NCBI GenBank assembly: GCA_963822585.1
Contig: CAWGIE010000035.1
Coordinates: 1-64,000, forward strand
Length of the DNA: 64,000 bases
Direction: 5' to 3'
DNA from: an uncultured bacterium
GTDB taxonomy: Bacteria > Auribacterota > Erginobacteria > Erginobacterales > Erginobacteraceae
The notes beneath the pieces were generated by a model that was not told the origin of the DNA, did no database searches, and worked only from the letters and a program-made list of their open reading frames with translations. A program made the position numbers and the translations under genes. Shown piece after piece: positions 37,165 through 47,240 of this stretch (the stretch's first letter is position 1; each line of letters opens with the position of its first letter).

Positions 37165-38835
37165 ATGAAAAAGCTTAAATTTCTACAGAACGGGTCGGGT
37201 TCGGCCCCCAGCTGCCGCGCGATCGATATCGGGACCACGGGTATCCGGATCGTCGCCCTGAAGAAATGGGGAAAAAAAGCTCGGCTGACCGACCTCCGTG
37301 AACACGCCATCCCCCGGGATTGTCCGGGCGGGGCCTCCCCCGAGATTGTGTTGGATGTTCTCCGGTCACAGGTCCGGGGCAAGAAGTTCAAGGAGGAAAT
37401 CATCTCCACCGCCCTGCCGATTCATCAGATATTCGTGCGGAGCCTGGAGCTGCCGTTCAGCAAGATCTCCCAGATACGGCAGGTGATTGCCGCGGAGGCG
37501 GAACTCCATGTCCCCTTTCCCCTGGAGCAGGTTGTCATTGACTTCTGGCCGGTTGAGGAACTGGAAGGAGAAAAGACCCGGGTGATCATGATGGCGGCCA
37601 AGAAGACGGTCTTGGAGGACCATCTCCGGATGTTGGCCGCCGTCGGCATCGATCCGACGAAGGTGAACGTAGATCTGCTTGGATTCTGCCGGGCCTGTAC
37701 CTGTTCATCGCACCTCCCTCCCGACGAAGTGACGATGCTCCTGGAGATCGGGGCTGTTCATACCGGTGTGGCCTTTTTTGCCGGGGGATCGGTGGTTTCA
37801 CTGAGGAGTTTTTCCTGGGGTGGGGATACGGTGACATCCCTGATCATGCAGGAGATGGGATGCGGTTTCACCGAAGCGGAGGCGATGAAAATTACCGCCT
37901 CTGCTCTCCCGGGCGGCGATGACCGGCTCGCGAAAGCAGGCGCCGCCGCCTACAGCCGTCTGGAAACGGAACTGCTGCGGACGATCAGCTCCGCGTCCGC
38001 GGCCACGGGCGGCCGGATGCCGCGGCACCTCATTCTCTGCGGGGGAGGAGGGCAGCAAGCCGGATTCGCCGATTACCTGTCCCGCCGGCTCGATCTTTCC
38101 CTTCTGGAGCTAAAGCCGTTTTCCGAAGTCGTTTCCCGAAAGTTTCCAAACCGTCCGCCGACCGCCTGTGGAGCCTTGGGGTTGGCCCTGAGTGAAATTA
38201 CCCCCCCTCCGGCCCGGGTTGATTTTCGCCGGGAGGAGTTTACATTCGAGGGCTCCTGGAAAAAGATCCGTCGCCGGCTTTTCATTACCGCCGGCCTGGG
38301 GGCGGTTTTGATCATCATGCTGGCCCTGGGCTTGTTCTGGAAAATTCGGCTGGAAGAGAAAGCTTCGGAAGTCCTGGCCCGGCGGATCCGGATGATCGTC
38401 CGCCGCAACTTCCCGGACGCTCCCGTTCCTCCTCCCGGGGAAGAACTGAAGGCGATGCAAGAAGGGGTGGAGACGGCCGGTCAAAAACTGAAAGTGTATA
38501 ACGACCTGGTATCCGTCTCTTCGCTCGATGTGCTCAGAGAGATCAGCGCGATCATCCCCGAAAACATCAAGGTCCAGGTGGTGATTATGGACATCGATGA
38601 CAAACGGGTGCTTTTCAGAGGAAGGACCGGAAACTATCGTTCGATGGAATTGATCAAGAATTCTCTGGCCAAATCGGATTACTTTGAGGGTGATAAGATC
38701 CGGGAATCGAAAGAGGCGAAGACCCTGGAGAAGAACGGCCAATTGCAGACCGTGGAGTTCGAATACTATATCCCCCTCGTTTCCCCGGATAAAGCCGGCC
38801 CGGCGGTTAACCGCGCCGGCGGGAATCCCGGTTGA
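37165..38835 (+). CDS. gspL: GspL-like protein (PilM actin-like domain + TM + PilN-like domain)
   Basis: IDIG...I..V, EAE..VPF, L.EIG...T, L.GGG, then TM and L.VL.EIS..IP. Confidence 0.75.
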   Translation: MKKLKFLQNGSGSAPSCRAIDIGTTGIRIVALKKWGKKARLTDLREHAIPRDCPGGASPEIVLDVLRSQVRGKKFKEEIISTALPIHQIFVRSLELPFSKISQIRQVIAAEAELHVPFPLEQVVIDFWPVEELEGEKTRVIMMAAKKTVLEDHLRMLAAVGIDPTKVNVDLLGFCRACTCSSHLPPDEVTMLLEIGAVHTGVAFFAGGSVVSLRSFSWGGDTVTSLIMQEMGCGFTEAEAMKITASALPGGDDRLAKAGAAAYSRLETELLRTISSASAATGGRMPRHLILCGGGGQQAGFADYLSRRLDLSLLELKPFSEVVSRKFPNRPPTACGALGLALSEITPPPARVDFRREEFTFEGSWKKIRRRLFITAGLGAVLIIMLALGLFWKIRLEEKASEVLARRIRMIVRRNFPDAPVPPPGEELKAMQEGVETAGQKLKVYNDLVSVSSLDVLREISAIIPENIKVQVVIMDIDDKRVLFRGRTGNYRSMELIKNSLAKSDYFEGDKIRESKEAKTLEKNGQLQTVEFEYYIPLVSPDKAGPAVNRAGGNPG

Positions 38836-38891
38836 TGCCGATGGGGCGACAGCCGGAAGCGTCGCCCGAGACGGCGACGTATTAATCATAT

Positions 38892-38918
38892 TAAAATATT
38901 TACGGAGTAAAAATTTTA
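38892..38918 (+). promoter_or_regulatory. GGA-triloop hairpin containing the RBS-like GGAG and ending in the A of the gspM ATG
   Basis: TAAAATATTTAC-GGA-GTAAAAATTTTA(TG). Confidence 0.6.
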
Positions 38919-39472
38919 TGGGACTGAAAAAAAGAGAAAAGCGCACCTTGATTATGGGGGGCGTGGCGGCCGTGGCCATTTTTCTTCTCTGGTTTTTCTA
39001 TCTCTCGGATAATTCTTTGTATAACCGCTGGGTGAACTTGGGCGAGAAGGTGTCTATCCAGGAGAACGTTCTGAGCAAGATGACCCTTCTCCAGGCGAAG
39101 AATCGCCGCCTCCAGCAGGAGATCGGGGTCGTCACCGACCGGATGTCTACCGCCGAACCGGGCCGCACGCTGAAAGGCTTTCTGGAAAACCTGATCAAGG
39201 AGCAGGCCCCCGACGCCAAGTTGCGGCGGATGCCGTCCCGCTCCTCCACGGCCGAAGGCCTCTATCGGCAGACTTTCGTGACCGTCGACCTGGAGCATGT
39301 GACTGTCCCTGAACTGGTGAATATCATGGCCGCCATGGAGTCGTCTCCGGAAGAGCTGAAGGTGCAGCAGTTGAAGATCACTCTGGGCCGTTCCGATGAA
39401 GAAAGCTTGGACGCCATCATCACCGCCGTTTCCGCCGCCCCGGTGAAACAGACGAACAAGCAGCCGGAATAA
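38918..39472 (+). CDS. gspM: Type II secretion protein M
   Basis: L.KRE...L TM, coiled coil, V.V.L..V...EL..I...E.....L.V..L.I ferredoxin-like fold. Confidence 0.75.
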   Translation: MGLKKREKRTLIMGGVAAVAIFLLWFFYLSDNSLYNRWVNLGEKVSIQENVLSKMTLLQAKNRRLQQEIGVVTDRMSTAEPGRTLKGFLENLIKEQAPDAKLRRMPSRSSTAEGLYRQTFVTVDLEHVTVPELVNIMAAMESSPEELKVQQLKITLGRSDEESLDAIITAVSAAPVKQTNKQPE

Positions 39473-39666
39473 AATAATTACACTTGAAGCCGCGCCGGAG
39501 GCGCTAATTTAATGTTTCGGAATTTCAATCACTGTAAAATTAATAAACAATTTAGCGTTGTGCCATTAGAGCCGAGGAGTTTTTAACTTTAGGCACTTTA
39601 GGCACTTTTAACTTTAGGCACTTAAGAACGTTGCCCGAGCGAAGCGAGGGCTAAGTTCTCTTAATG

Positions 39667-39675
39667 TGATATAAT
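39667..39675 (+). promoter_or_regulatory. Extended -10 upstream of the large secreted protein
   Basis: TGATATAAT. Confidence 0.45.
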
Positions 39676-39711
39676 TTTGAAATGGGATGTGAATCAGCAA
39701 AGGGAGATACG

Positions 39712-42700
39712 GTGAGAGAGATGAGAGAAAGGGTAGTCAATGGCGGTCGTCCGCTGGCGTCCGCGGTGGTGCTGATCGGAATGATACTTCTCTCTCTGCC
39801 GGGGGGAGCCGGTTACGGCCAGGTTCAGGCGTCGGCGACGCCTCCCAGCAGCCTGCCGCTACCGGCCTTGCTCCGGGCCTGGTACTGGCCCACCCCGAGC
39901 CCCTCTCCTTCGCCCACCGGGGTTGCCGTTCTCTCGCCGACCCCGAAGATGACCTCTGCGGCCTGGATTCCGCCGGAGGAGCTCTTCGCGGCCTTCGGAC
40001 CGGGCGCCCAACAGCTCTTGGGGGGCAGCACGGTTGATAAAAAGGAAATCACCATCGTCTACCCGGACCGGACCCGGATCACCTATGACGCCTATCCCGA
40101 GACCGAATACGACACGAATAAAAAAACCCTCTCTTATCCCCTGCTCATGGAAGCCTACCGGGCGGTTTTCGAGGAGATGTTCGGAATCGCCCTGACGACC
40201 CCGACCCCGGGCGCCACGCCCACCGCGGTACCGACACGGACCCCCTCGGATTACAAGACCCCGGTTCCCACCGTGACCCCTACCGCCGAAGTCCCCACTC
40301 CCACCCGGACTCCTACTCCAGCTTCCATTTTCACCCCATCTTCCACCCCCACCCCCACCCCATCTTCTACCCCCACCCCCGTAATTACCCTCACTACGAC
40401 GCCTACGGTTACCCCGGCGCCGTTAATGATCTACGACCTTGGAGACCTCTGGATCGCCCACACCCATTCTCCCGGCGCCTTGGGTTGGCGATTCAGTGTC
40501 ACCACCGCCTGGGAGTTCGAGACTGATATATTTGGAACGGTTTTTGATTCCACCAACGTGTTTAATGATCAATCCGATTTTTCTACCGAGACTGAGTCAG
40601 CAATCTGGATAGTGGCCAATAATCTTGCCGTGACCACAGATGATGGCGACTGGATAGCTCTTACTTATAATGGAATCAATTCGATTAAAGTTTATCCGCC
40701 TGCCCTTAATTCGGCTTTAGAAGAATATTTTTATATAGGATCGGATGGTTCTACCTATCATGATTTTGCGTTGACTCAACTGGCCAAGGCGGTGCCCACC
40801 CCGACGACCGCCCCGACGGCGCTGGCCGGGAGGAGAGGCGGGAAGATTCCAACCCCCCTTCCCACCGCTTCACTCTTCACGGGAACGGATTTGCCGGCAA
40901 CACCCGTTCCCGCCGCGGCTTCAACGCCCTATCAAATTGCGAGCCCGGGAACGTTCGACCTGGTCGGCGTCATCCCGGTCGGAAGCCCGGTCTGGTCTGT
41001 CTGGGCGGACGAACGATTTCTGTACGGGGGCGCCGGCGACGGCCGGGTATATATCTGGGAACGTGGCCCGGCCGGTTTCTATTTTCAGGACAGCTTCGGC
41101 GGCTATACCGACGGTAATATGTACGGTCTCTCGGGATCGGGGCCGGCCGGCAGCCGCCTTTACGGGGCCAACGCCGACGGCACCGTCTATGCCTGGAACT
41201 ATGATATCGCCGCCGACGATCTTACCCTGCTGGCCGTTCTTGACCAGGGCGGTGGGTTCATGTATTCGGTGGCGTCAGACAACTCCCTTATCTGCGGGGC
41301 CAACAATGACGGGAATATTTATCTCTGGTCCCCGGCGGATTTCAGTCTTCAGACCGTCCTGCGCCAGGGATCGGGGCCGAAGCTCTCGGTCTGCCTGGAT
41401 GACGAATATATTTATGGCGCTGGCGCCGGCGGCTCTCTCTTCATCTGGTCGAGAAAGACTCTCGACCCGGTGAACGCGTTCTCACCCTCCGACAATATCA
41501 TGTGGTCGGCCGCGGTCGACAGCTTCAACTGCTACGGCGGCGGTTCCCTTCCCGCCGTTGCCGCCTGGTCGAAAGAATCCTTCACTCTCCAGACCTCCCG
41601 CGGGGAACCCGCCGGCCCGATCGGCAGCCTCAGTTCCGACGACCGGAAATATCTTTACGGGGCCGCTCCCGACGGGGCCGTATATGCCTGGTCTCTGGCT
41701 GACTTTTCCCTCCAGACGGCTCTCCACGTGAGCGGCCTGGCGATGAACGGTGTCTTCGCCGACCGTTACCGTCCGGGTGAATCTTTTCCCCATTGTATTT
41801 TTGCCGCCTCCGCGGACGGCAATATCTATGTCTGGCGCGCGGAACGGACGCCGCCGCCCACACCGGTCCCGTCGGTCCCGCCCCTACCCACACCGAGAGC
41901 GGTGACCCCGGCCGGATCCTCCACCCCGGCGCCGGGATCTTCAGCGACGCCTCCCCCCGCCGGCGCGGGTTCTCCGGCGTCTTCCCCCACCCCGGCTCGG
42001 ACCCCGGAGGAGGGGGGCCTCTCCACCCCGCTCCCGTCCCCTTCACCGACTTTCGGGACCCGGCAGCTGGTTGTTCCGTCTCCCTCGCCGACCCCCGCTG
42101 ATTTTACCCTCCTCTCCGTTCTCTCCGGAGGAGACGGATGGATGTTCGGGGTCTATGCCGACGGAGAGTACATTTACGGAGCCAATGAAGACAAAAAGAT
42201 TTATGTCTGGAGCCGGTCTTCCTATCGGCCGGTAGGGACCCTTACCGTACCGGACTGCAAGGAAATGCTCTCCGTCTATGCCGACAGCGACTATATTTAC
42301 GGTTCCAACGATGACAGCCGGGTGTATATCTGGGACCGCCGGACTTTCAGCCTTCTCCGCGTCCTCGGGGACGGGCAGTATTACGCCGAGTCGGTCTTCG
42401 CGGACGGCGATTATCTGTATGCCGCCAACTATGACCGTTCGCTGTATCTTTGGGACCGGTCCGACTTCAGCCTGCAGACGAAGCTGGCCGGCCCCGGGGG
42501 CTGGCTGAACGCGGTATACGCCGACACGGGCCGGATCTATGCCGGCAGCGGCGGCGCCGACTATAACGTGTACCTCTGGAACCGGGAGACACAGGAGTTT
42601 CTCAAGGCCCTTTCCGGCCCGACCGATGACCTGAACTCCGTCCAGGCGGACGGCGAATACATTTACGGGGGATCGGCGGACGGCAACGTGTATCTCTGGG

Positions 42701-45627
42701 ATTACGGGGCGCTGTACCTGAAGAAGATCCTGAGCGGCCCCCGCGATCAGGTCACCTCGGTCATCTCCCGGGGGGCGTTTATCTATGCCTCCAGCCTGGA
42801 TACCGATCTCTACGTCTGGGAAAAGAATGGGCTGAGCCTTTATGGAGTGATCGAGGATATGGCGCAGCCGTTGCAGAGCGCCTACGTGGACGGCGCCCAG
42901 ATCTTCGCCGCCGCCCGCGACGGTAATATTTACGTCTGGCAGGCGCCCTCTGGAGAAGTGAAGAAAGGCGCGGCCGCTCCCGCCCCGGTCGCTTCCCTGA
43001 CCCCGGCCTCCGCTCCCGGTTGGCTCCCCGTCCCGACGCCGGCGGAAGGAGCCGAGACAGTGGGGGATGCGGAGACGGCCGAAGAGGAGGCATTCCCCGT
43101 CCTCTATCCAACTCCGCCGGTCTATCAGTGGAAGCCCCCGGCGGAGCCCTACGATTCGCACAAAAAAACCCTCGATTACCCGCTCCTCCAGGAAACCTAC
43201 AAAAAAGTTTATCTTGATTTCTTTAATATCGCCCTCACTACTCCCACTCCTCCCCCGACGCCGGTTCCGTCGGCCACGATTCTGGGCTCGCCGACGCCGC
43301 AGGGCTATAAAACCCCGACATCGAGTAGCGGCGACGTGGTGATCAACGAGGTTGCCTGGGGAGGGACCTTAAGCTCCTCCTCGGCGCAATGGATTGAGCT
43401 GTACAACAACGGCAGTGCCTCGGTCAGTCTTGACGGCTGGAAGCTGGAGAACAACACCGCGCTCTGGGATATCTCTCTCTCCGGCTCAGTCTCTATCTCC
43501 GCCGGCGGTTATTTTGTTCTCGCTACCGCCCCCGATCCCACCGGGGGGAAGGTCAGTTACAGCTATGACAGTGCCAAGAGCATGACCGTGGGCGGGAACA
43601 ACCTGGTGCTGGTGAACGCCAGCGGTACGACGGTGGACACGGTCAACTGCGCCGGCGGCTGGTTCGCGGGCGGCCAGGGGATCTCGATGGAGCGGATCGA
43701 TCCGGGCGCCTCCGGCTCCACCGCGGCCAACTGGAACGACGCGCCGGCCACTTCAACCTACGGGTCGGGGGGCGACCTGGGCACGCCGGGAGCGAAGAAC
43801 AGCCAGCAGGTGAGTTCATCTTTCGGGGGGACTTCATCCGCGCGCGGCGCCGTCGGGGGGAGCGCCGGCGCTCAGTCCGCGGGCGAGGAAAAGAACCTCT
43901 CGCTCCAGGATTATGCCGACTGGATCGATTTCCAGAACGGCCATTACTTCAAGCTCTATGAGTGGGACCTGACCGGTCTGGATAAAAAGTACTCCCTTTT
44001 CGATTATCTTCCCAATACCGCCTTCATCTACCTGGTCACCGGGTATAAGCCGACCGGCACCTACTTCAAAGAGAACCTCCTGGAGATGATCCGGGATAAA
44101 AAGTTTTCCTGGGGAGGGGAAGAACACTGCCGTTATATAGCCGATATCGCGGAAGCATACCTGGCCGTTCTCGACCGGGGACTTTTCAGCAAGGAGGAAC
44201 GGGCGGAGATCGAAGAGAAATTTTACGCTCTGGCGATCGGCCAGCGGGAGTTTTATAACTATGGGAATTACGCCCAGGGCATTATCTGCGGCCTGAATGC
44301 CGTTGTCGGCTACATCATCGGCGGGAAACGCGGAGAGGAGATGATATCCTGGGCCAACCGGCTCCTCAGTTACGACGATACCTGGACTCTTCCGGAAAAC
44401 TCGCGGCATTATCAGGGACTTTTCATCCGGGAGATGCTTCGGGTGGCCCTTTATTCCAATCGGATGACGATCCCCGATGTCGACGGCTGGGGGGTAGCCT
44501 GGAAAGATAATTTCATCCGCCAGGTGGAGTGGATTATCGACACCTTCCCCCATAACGGGTTCAATCCGGCCTATGGCCGGGACTATCGTCAGAACTACGT
44601 GGACCATTTTTCGCTCCCGCTGATCGTTGCCACCACGGTCCTTGATGACGGCAACCCCGAGCACGTTCGCCTGGCGAAGGAGGCCAAGTGGCTGTTTCAA
44701 AAGATGATCACCTATGGAATGACGCACCGGGTCTGTGATTTCGGCCAGAATACCTACGGTTACGAAGCCGTCCAGTGGGGCCCGTTCGCGATACTGCTTA
44801 ACCCGCTGTATCTCTACTGGTTTCTGAATGAATCTCTCCTCCCCGAGCCCCCGGGGGTCGACCACCCGGGCAGTCGGGCCGTATACCGTCCCATGATGCC
44901 CCGGGGTACCATCGCCAGCGTGTACGATGAGAGCCTGAAGGAATTTGAAACCCAGCCCGACAAAATCATTCACCGCACCGGCTGGGAGGAGGACGCCCTC
45001 TTCCTGATGCTGGACCCGGCCTATCCGGCCGCTAAATCCGGGGAGAATAAATACAGCTTCGCCAATAACATCGTCAGCCTCTCCTTCGGGCCGGAGGAAT
45101 TTCTGACCGGGGTGACCATGAACTTTTTCAACGCGGCCAAGACAAATAACAATCTGGCGGATATTCTGGGGAGCTACATCGGGGCCGACCTGGTGACGTG
45201 GATCAATACCGACGAGCTTTCCCGCAGTGTCACCCGGCTCAGTGACGGGAAGAATACCTGGACCCGGGAGGTCACGCTCTATAAAACCGGTGACCGCCGG
45301 ATCGAGGTTAAAGACAGTCTTTCCCGCCGGGGCAACGTCTACTGGCATTTTCAGGGCACCCCGCAGTGGGGGGACGCGGGGGTCACTCTCGATGTCAACG
45401 GCACCCGTCTCAGCGTAACCTGGGAGGGTGCGGAGCAGGTGACGCACCGGGACCGGGCGACCTGGACGGATCCTTCGCCCACACATCGCTGGACGTATTC
45501 AGGAGATCCCGATCATGAGGTGAAACTTTATCGATCCGGCCCCGGAACCATTAGTACCACTTTCCGGGGACTGCGGGATGCCGCGGTTCAGGAAACCGAA
45601 CCGTATAAGATCATTGACAATCCATGA
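39712..45627 (+). CDS. Large modular secreted protein: P/T-rich linkers, two WD40-like beta-propellers, lamin-tail domain, C-terminal ~580-aa alpha/alpha + beta-sandwich (heparinase II/III-like?) region
   Basis: Signal peptide; 2x7 repeats of SV.AD..YIY.G..DG..Y.W; VVINEV.W.G....QWIELYN...SMERID...W...GTPG..NS; R.GW..DA.F pattern in the C-terminal part. Confidence 0.8.
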   Translation: MREMRERVVNGGRPLASAVVLIGMILLSLPGGAGYGQVQASATPPSSLPLPALLRAWYWPTPSPSPSPTGVAVLSPTPKMTSAAWIPPEELFAAFGPGAQQLLGGSTVDKKEITIVYPDRTRITYDAYPETEYDTNKKTLSYPLLMEAYRAVFEEMFGIALTTPTPGATPTAVPTRTPSDYKTPVPTVTPTAEVPTPTRTPTPASIFTPSSTPTPTPSSTPTPVITLTTTPTVTPAPLMIYDLGDLWIAHTHSPGALGWRFSVTTAWEFETDIFGTVFDSTNVFNDQSDFSTETESAIWIVANNLAVTTDDGDWIALTYNGINSIKVYPPALNSALEEYFYIGSDGSTYHDFALTQLAKAVPTPTTAPTALAGRRGGKIPTPLPTASLFTGTDLPATPVPAAASTPYQIASPGTFDLVGVIPVGSPVWSVWADERFLYGGAGDGRVYIWERGPAGFYFQDSFGGYTDGNMYGLSGSGPAGSRLYGANADGTVYAWNYDIAADDLTLLAVLDQGGGFMYSVASDNSLICGANNDGNIYLWSPADFSLQTVLRQGSGPKLSVCLDDEYIYGAGAGGSLFIWSRKTLDPVNAFSPSDNIMWSAAVDSFNCYGGGSLPAVAAWSKESFTLQTSRGEPAGPIGSLSSDDRKYLYGAAPDGAVYAWSLADFSLQTALHVSGLAMNGVFADRYRPGESFPHCIFAASADGNIYVWRAERTPPPTPVPSVPPLPTPRAVTPAGSSTPAPGSSATPPPAGAGSPASSPTPARTPEEGGLSTPLPSPSPTFGTRQLVVPSPSPTPADFTLLSVLSGGDGWMFGVYADGEYIYGANEDKKIYVWSRSSYRPVGTLTVPDCKEMLSVYADSDYIYGSNDDSRVYIWDRRTFSLLRVLGDGQYYAESVFADGDYLYAANYDRSLYLWDRSDFSLQTKLAGPGGWLNAVYADTGRIYAGSGGADYNVYLWNRETQEFLKALSGPTDDLNSVQADGEYIYGGSADGNVYLWDYGALYLKKILSGPRDQVTSVISRGAFIYASSLDTDLYVWEKNGLSLYGVIEDMAQPLQSAYVDGAQIFAAARDGNIYVWQAPSGEVKKGAAAPAPVASLTPASAPGWLPVPTPAEGAETVGDAETAEEEAFPVLYPTPPVYQWKPPAEPYDSHKKTLDYPLLQETYKKVYLDFFNIALTTPTPPPTPVPSATILGSPTPQGYKTPTSSSGDVVINEVAWGGTLSSSSAQWIELYNNGSASVSLDGWKLENNTALWDISLSGSVSISAGGYFVLATAPDPTGGKVSYSYDSAKSMTVGGNNLVLVNASGTTVDTVNCAGGWFAGGQGISMERIDPGASGSTAANWNDAPATSTYGSGGDLGTPGAKNSQQVSSSFGGTSSARGAVGGSAGAQSAGEEKNLSLQDYADWIDFQNGHYFKLYEWDLTGLDKKYSLFDYLPNTAFIYLVTGYKPTGTYFKENLLEMIRDKKFSWGGEEHCRYIADIAEAYLAVLDRGLFSKEERAEIEEKFYALAIGQREFYNYGNYAQGIICGLNAVVGYIIGGKRGEEMISWANRLLSYDDTWTLPENSRHYQGLFIREMLRVALYSNRMTIPDVDGWGVAWKDNFIRQVEWIIDTFPHNGFNPAYGRDYRQNYVDHFSLPLIVATTVLDDGNPEHVRLAKEAKWLFQKMITYGMTHRVCDFGQNTYGYEAVQWGPFAILLNPLYLYWFLNESLLPEPPGVDHPGSRAVYRPMMPRGTIASVYDESLKEFETQPDKIIHRTGWEEDALFLMLDPAYPAAKSGENKYSFANNIVSLSFGPEEFLTGVTMNFFNAAKTNNNLADILGSYIGADLVTWINTDELSRSVTRLSDGKNTWTREVTLYKTGDRRIEVKDSLSRRGNVYWHFQGTPQWGDAGVTLDVNGTRLSVTWEGAEQVTHRDRATWTDPSPTHRWTYSGDPDHEVKLYRSGPGTISTTFRGLRDAAVQETEPYKIIDNP

Positions 45628-45664
45628 TCATGGTGTAGATTAATGAACACCAAGGAGAACTGTT

Positions 45665-46336
45665 ATGACCGATAAGGCGGATGACCGCGAGGTGTCCACC
45701 GGGTTATCTCGGGATATGAAACTGATCAAATTAAAACTGAAAACGCTGATCCGGACCGATGAAGCATACCTGGTCGACCTGGGCCAGGGGAAGGTCTGGA
45801 TACCGAAAAGCGCGATTAAATCGTCCCGTCGGATCGACCAGGGGATACTGGAGATCGAGGTCCTGGAGAACGTGATCCGGGAGAAGCGCCAGGAGATGCG
45901 CCGATTGAAAGAACAGCTGACCGGGCTCAAGGGTTCCATCATCGGCGAGGTCATGGAATTGAACGGGGAACTGCTCAAGGAGACGAACGACGCTCTTCTG
46001 ATCAAGGTTGGCCCCCAGGAACTGTTTATCCCCAAGGTTTGCTTCTCGGAATGGGAAGAGCTCCCCGACCATCAGTGGCGGTTTGTCATGCAGAAGGATT
46101 TTCTCGAGTTCAAGCTTCGCCAGCTTCAGCAGTCCGATAAGAGGGACGCGATAACCACCGTCCGGGTCAAGCTGATTCAGGAAACCGATCGCGCCTATCT
46201 GCTGGAGTACGATGGGATCGAAATCTGGTTCCCCAAAAGAGCAGTTATCGAGATCCAGAAACAGGGAGATGAGTGGGAGATGGTGGTGGCAACCGACTTC
46301 TGGATGTTCAAGCTGGAAAAACTGGCCGCCGGTTAG
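45665..46336 (+). CDS. Hypothetical protein with three tandem ET.KA.L.....E.W.PK..I small beta domains
   Basis: RTDEAYLVDLGQGKVWIPKSAI / ETNDALLIKVGPQELFIPKVCF / ETDRAYLLEYDGIEIWFPKRAV. SD AAGGAG. Confidence 0.8.
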   Translation: MTDKADDREVSTGLSRDMKLIKLKLKTLIRTDEAYLVDLGQGKVWIPKSAIKSSRRIDQGILEIEVLENVIREKRQEMRRLKEQLTGLKGSIIGEVMELNGELLKETNDALLIKVGPQELFIPKVCFSEWEELPDHQWRFVMQKDFLEFKLRQLQQSDKRDAITTVRVKLIQETDRAYLLEYDGIEIWFPKRAVIEIQKQGDEWEMVVATDFWMFKLEKLAAG

Positions 46337-46357
46337 CCGGTCCCCGGTCTGACCCCC

Positions 46358-46825
46358 TTACCCGAAATTTTCCTCAGGGATCAGGCTGTCTCCGAACTGG
46401 CGACGCAGCCGTTCCCGGTCTTCCATGGTCATTGTTGAGAGAAGATCGTCAAACTTCACCCCGGCGGACTGCTCGAGGATAAACTTGACCAGTTCCACGA
46501 ATGCCTTGATGTTCCGGGACCGGTAAGGCGGGATTTTGCTCACCTTCTGATAAAGATAATATCTGATCTTGAGCCAGAGCGCGCCGATGTTCTTCCCCCA
46601 CTCCTTCGGAAAACCCTTCTCCTTCACCAGTTGATCCAGCCGCCAGCTGAAGTTTGTCGGGGTCGTCGGCCCTTCTTCATCAGGGAGAGACTTCGCCATC
46701 GCCCTTCCCAGCGCCAGAAAGGTATAGTGGCCGGAGTGTTGCTCTTTCTCCCGGCGCGCCAGAATAATGGCGGTGAGCATCAGGTCAATCACCTCCGGAT
46801 CAACTTTTAAGCGCTGCATGGCCAT
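46358..46825 (-). CDS. Hypothetical protein
   Basis: 155-aa ORF with host-like codon usage; GGAGG in a hairpin just upstream of the ATG. Confidence 0.7.
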   Translation of the reverse strand: MAMQRLKVDPEVIDLMLTAIILARREKEQHSGHYTFLALGRAMAKSLPDEEGPTTPTNFSWRLDQLVKEKGFPKEWGKNIGALWLKIRYYLYQKVSKIPPYRSRNIKAFVELVKFILEQSAGVKFDDLLSTMTMEDRERLRRQFGDSLIPEENFG

Positions 46826-47074
46826 TAAATTTCTTCCTCCGGAAAAAATTTTAGTTTTGAATCATGACGAAAGGCATATTATCAGCAAAATGAAAACTTA
46901 TTGATATTATTTTCAATGAATAATCGGAGTTAAAGATAACATGGAAGACATAGTGTACAATAATATTATTTTTGCTTCGTAAAAATAATAATGGTAAATT
47001 ATTACTCACGCAAAATACATCAGTTATAAATATGGGGGCGCGGGTATTGATTGGCTATTTCGGGATTTCAATAA

Positions 47075-47210
47075 AAGGCAACGGTAAGGGTAACGAAGCC
47101 CCACCTGCCCCGATTCATCGGGGTATCGGTGAGGGGTAGGGTAACGGCCGCTGCGCCAGGCGCACGTAACCGTAACCGACAAACGAAACGGGTCTCGTTA
47201 CCGTTGCCCT
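47075..47210. repeat. Inverted hexamer-type array (GGTAAC/GGCAAC ... GTTACC/GTTGCC)
   Basis: aaggcaacggtaagggtaacg ... cgttaccgttgccct. Confidence 0.55.
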
Positions 47211-47240
47211 GACCGATTTGCGCCGGAGGCGCTAATTTAT

